Shown here: positions 61,471-64,000 of the stretch, piece after piece
Position numbering within the stretch: the stretch's first letter is position 1
Layout of the letters: every line of letters starts with the position of its first letter
From: an uncultured Candidatus Saccharibacteria bacterium
Lineage (GTDB): Bacteria > Patescibacteriota > Minisyncoccia > Phycocordibacterales > UBA9973
Reading direction: 5' to 3'
Length of the DNA: 64,000 nt
Assembly: GCA_964591665.1 (NCBI GenBank)
Contig: CAZQCV010000001.1
Coordinates: forward strand, 178-64,177
Made by a program: the position numbers and the translations under genes
The notes under the pieces: model-generated
What the model was told of the DNA's origin: nothing
Database searches by the model: none
What the model saw: only the letters and a program-made list of their open reading frames with translations

Positions 61471-61668
61471 ATGAAGAAAGAAAACAATCTCTACAACCTC
61501 ATGACTCAGCTTACGCAAGAAGCAAAAAGTCTCTGGCGAATGGAAAACGAATATGTAAAGGATGCTGCAAAAAACCCAGAACTCAAGAAATTTTGGTCAG
61601 CATACGCAAAAGAGAAATCACAACATATTGCAGATCTCAAAGCATTTATAAAGAAGGAGATGAAATAA
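61471..61668 (+). CDS. small hypothetical protein (65 aa)
   Basis: Starts 5 nt after thrS and is followed immediately by a strong terminator. Helical, K/E-rich. Confidence 0.3.
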   Translation: MKKENNLYNLMTQLTQEAKSLWRMENEYVKDAAKNPELKKFWSAYAKEKSQHIADLKAFIKKEMK

Positions 61669-61672
61669 AAAG

Positions 61673-61698
61673 AAGGCGGAAAAATTCCGCCTTTTGTA
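61673..61698. terminator. bidirectional rho-independent terminator
   Basis: ggcggaa-aaa-ttccgcc hairpin flanked by an A-run on one side and TTTTGTATT on the other. Confidence 0.6.
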
Positions 61699-61710
61699 TT
61701 AGTGAGAACA

Positions 61711-62309
61711 TTAATCATATTCAATTTCATCGATTATGGTAGCATTTTCAACTTTGATTGAAAACGTGCTGCCAATGTCATTTCGTATATTGGATTCTGT
61801 GTCATATTTACATTCTCGCTTATGAAACAGATATGATCCGTCTCTCATTTTTGCATTTGAAAATAACGTCAACTTCGAAACACCAGAGTCGCTATAATCA
61901 TTTCTCGTAACAGTGTTTTCATTTAGTTGGGATAAATTTCCGAAACAAAGACTACTGGCTTTTGTAAACAATGTACCTGCAAGTCTCGTTGCGTGTAGTG
62001 GTTTATAAATCCCTAATATAGGGTATTTTGCATCTCTATGCCATTGAGAACCATGTCCAGCAAGTGCAAACGTTAAACTTCCCTGTAGCAACAAGTCTTT
62101 GTTTGGCAAAATAAAACTGATTATGGGAATATACTGAAAAAGTTCAATTAATCCGTTGGAAATAATAATTTTATTACTATGTTCAACAGATTGAAAAAAA
62201 GTATGATTGTTATCTTTCAAAATGACTTCTTTTATTTCAGGTTTTTCAAATCGTGCTTGCATAAAAATCGTTTTTGTCATATTACCACACAAAAACAACT
62301 TTGCAAGTT
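61711..62309 (-). CDS. hypothetical protein (possible cupin or oxygenase-like, with a GHGSQWHRD segment)
   Basis: ORF 61711..62385. The start is probably internal (MTKTIFMQ...) to avoid overlap with the upstream gene. No secure domain. Confidence 0.35.
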
Positions 62310-62765
62310 TTACAAGTAGACGATCTTTATACCTAGTCGTTCTGCTTCCCCATGTTCCCAATTCGCACCACGAGAGGTTTGCCAATTAGGCATAAAATAG
62401 AATGTATCAATATTTCCAGACTCAAAAAGTGGTCGATAAAAATCAGTAAGAATAGCTTCTGCATATTCGCCAGGTTTTAGATCGTTTTTTATTTTCTGCA
62501 TAGGCTCCTCAAAAGGAATCTGGTCAAACACAACATATCCTTCTGACTGCAACTTTTTTATAGTTTCATTAAAAGCATGTAGATTCGCCTCAATACTACC
62601 CAAACCACCAGTCGCAATAGGTCCGCATACTTGTCCAAAAGGTTTTGGCATACGAGAAATAATTACCTCTGCAATGGCATGTAGATCTGTATACGTTTCT
62701 GCTTTTTCAAGTTTTAAAAAATCTTCAGGAGTCCAATACCCAAGTGTTTTTGTACTTATCTCCAT
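62310..62765 (-). CDS. hypothetical protein (151 aa) co-transcribed with gyrB
   Basis: Starts 3 nt after the gyrB stop. Has an alpha/beta pattern with GPIATGGLGSIEANL. Family not recognised. Confidence 0.4.
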   Translation of the reverse strand: MEISTKTLGYWTPEDFLKLEKAETYTDLHAIAEVIISRMPKPFGQVCGPIATGGLGSIEANLHAFNETIKKLQSEGYVVFDQIPFEEPMQKIKNDLKPGEYAEAILTDFYRPLFESGNIDTFYFMPNWQTSRGANWEHGEAERLGIKIVYL

Positions 62766-62767
62766 AA

Positions 62768-64000
62768 TTAGATATCAAGATCTGCCATCTTTGCATTGGT
62801 CTGAATAAATGATTTACGTGGAGCAACTTCAGATCCCATAAGCATGTCAAATACTTGATCCGCATCTGCTGCTTCTTCGATGGTTACTTGTTTGAGCACT
62901 CGACGAGCAGGATCCATTGTTGTTTCCCATAACTCTTCGGCGTTCATTTCTCCGAGACCTTTATATCGTTGCACATGGAATTTGGTTGCTTTTGCCTTTT
63001 CCTCTTTCGTGTCTTCTTCTTCAAGAGATTCATCACCTTCCTCAATCATATCAGGTGCAACATCGCCAGTAATGGAAAACTTTTCCTCATCAGAATATGC
63101 ATAGTGAACTTCTTTACCGTGTTTAATTTTATACAATGGTGGCTGTGCAATATAGATAAAACCTCCATCGATCAAAGGTCTGAAGTGTCTGTAAAGTAAT
63201 GTAAGAATAAGTGTTCGAATATGTGCGCCGTCTACGTCCGCATCTGTCGCAATGATAACCTTATGATAACGAAGTTTTGAGATATCAAACGTATCACCAA
63301 TAGCAGTACCGAGGGCAACAACAAGGTTTTTAATCTGTTCTGAAGCGAGCATACGGTCGAGACGTGCACGTTCAATATTCAAAATCTTACCTCGAAGTGG
63401 CAGAATCGCCTGTGTACGGCGGTCGCGTCCAGTTTTCGCAGTACCACCCGCAGAGTCTCCCTCTACGATAAACACTTCTGATTCTTCTGCACTTTTACTT
63501 TGACAGTCAGCAAGTTTTCCAGGAAGCGTCATGCCTTCGAGTGCTCCCTTTCTGAGAATAGAGTCTTTTGCAGCCTTCGCAGCCTTACGTGCACGGACTG
63601 CAATGATTGCTTTGTTGATTATTTTCTTTGCATCATCTGGATTTTCTTCAAGGAACGTCTCAAATGCCTCACCAAAAACAGTAGCTGTTGCACCCTGAGC
63701 TTCCATAGAACCAAGTTTTGCTTTTGTTTGGCCTTCGAATTGAATCTCAGGAAGTTTTACAGAAATAACCGCAGTTAAGCCTTCAAGCACATCGTCACCA
63801 GTAAACCCACCATCGGCTTCTTTGAGCAAATTATTTTTCTTGCCATAACTATTTAACAAACGTGTGAGCGCCATCTTAAAACCAGTCACATGTGTACCAC
63901 CTTCTGGGTTATAGATATTGTTTGCAAATGGAACAATTTTTGTTTCAATTTCATCTATATATTGAAGTGCAATTTCTACACCGACGTTATCTTGCTCTTT
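62768..64000 (-). CDS. gyrB: DNA gyrase subunit B (C-terminal portion; gene continues beyond the window edge)
   Basis: TOPRIM motif EGDSAGG, PLRGKILN, and the C-terminal tail. The upstream reading frame stays open to position 64000 (…NPEGGTHVTGFKMAL…). Confidence 0.9.
   Translation of the reverse strand, partial: KEQDNVGVEIALQYIDEIETKIVPFANNIYNPEGGTHVTGFKMALTRLLNSYGKKNNLLKEADGGFTGDDVLEGLTAVISVKLPEIQFEGQTKAKLGSMEAQGATATVFGEAFETFLEENPDDAKKIINKAIIAVRARKAAKAAKDSILRKGALEGMTLPGKLADCQSKSAEESEVFIVEGDSAGGTAKTGRDRRTQAILPLRGKILNIERARLDRMLASEQIKNLVVALGTAIGDTFDISKLRYHKVIIATDADVDGAHIRTLILTLLYRHFRPLIDGGFIYIAQPPLYKIKHGKEVHYAYSDEEKFSITGDVAPDMIEEGDESLEEEDTKEEKAKATKFHVQRYKGLGEMNAEELWETTMDPARRVLKQVTIEEAADADQVFDMLMGSEVAPRKSFIQTNAKMADLDI

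Noticed and set aside
1-64000. Search for CRISPR arrays, cas genes and rRNA genes
   Set aside because: No regularly spaced direct repeats were found, no Cas-like ORFs, and no rRNA-like conserved stretches. The only RNA genes are the two tRNAs.

Overview
This 64 kb window looks like a low-GC, reduced genome, probably Patescibacteria/CPR-like (inference from truncated housekeeping proteins and unusual operon order). Positions ~11.7-64 kb are core housekeeping genes: the nucleotide-excision-repair genes uvrA, uvrB and uvrC (at three separate loci), ddl, tgt, mreBC, proS, rpsB-tsf, an rpoB-rpoC-dnaG-rpoD block, rpsP-KH-trmD-plsC, rnr, an SMC-like ATPase, rnc, a nusB-NUDIX fusion, rpmF, rnhB, dnaE, thrS and gyrB. 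There are two tRNAs and several clear intrinsic terminators. Positions 1 to ~11.75 kb are different. The 1.6-10.2 kb stretch is visibly more AT-rich and is bracketed by two large serine recombinases. The second recombinase overlaps a tRNA-Ala(UGC) on the opposite strand. Between the recombinases lie a compact 3-gene operon of unknown proteins (a candidate cargo or defence module), a frameshifted gene remnant, a secreted coiled-coil protein, an SF2 helicase with four C-terminal tandem ~54-aa W/G-rich repeats, and an HTH Rep-like protein. This looks like an integrated mobile element and is the most likely place for an undescribed system. No CRISPR arrays or rRNA genes were found.
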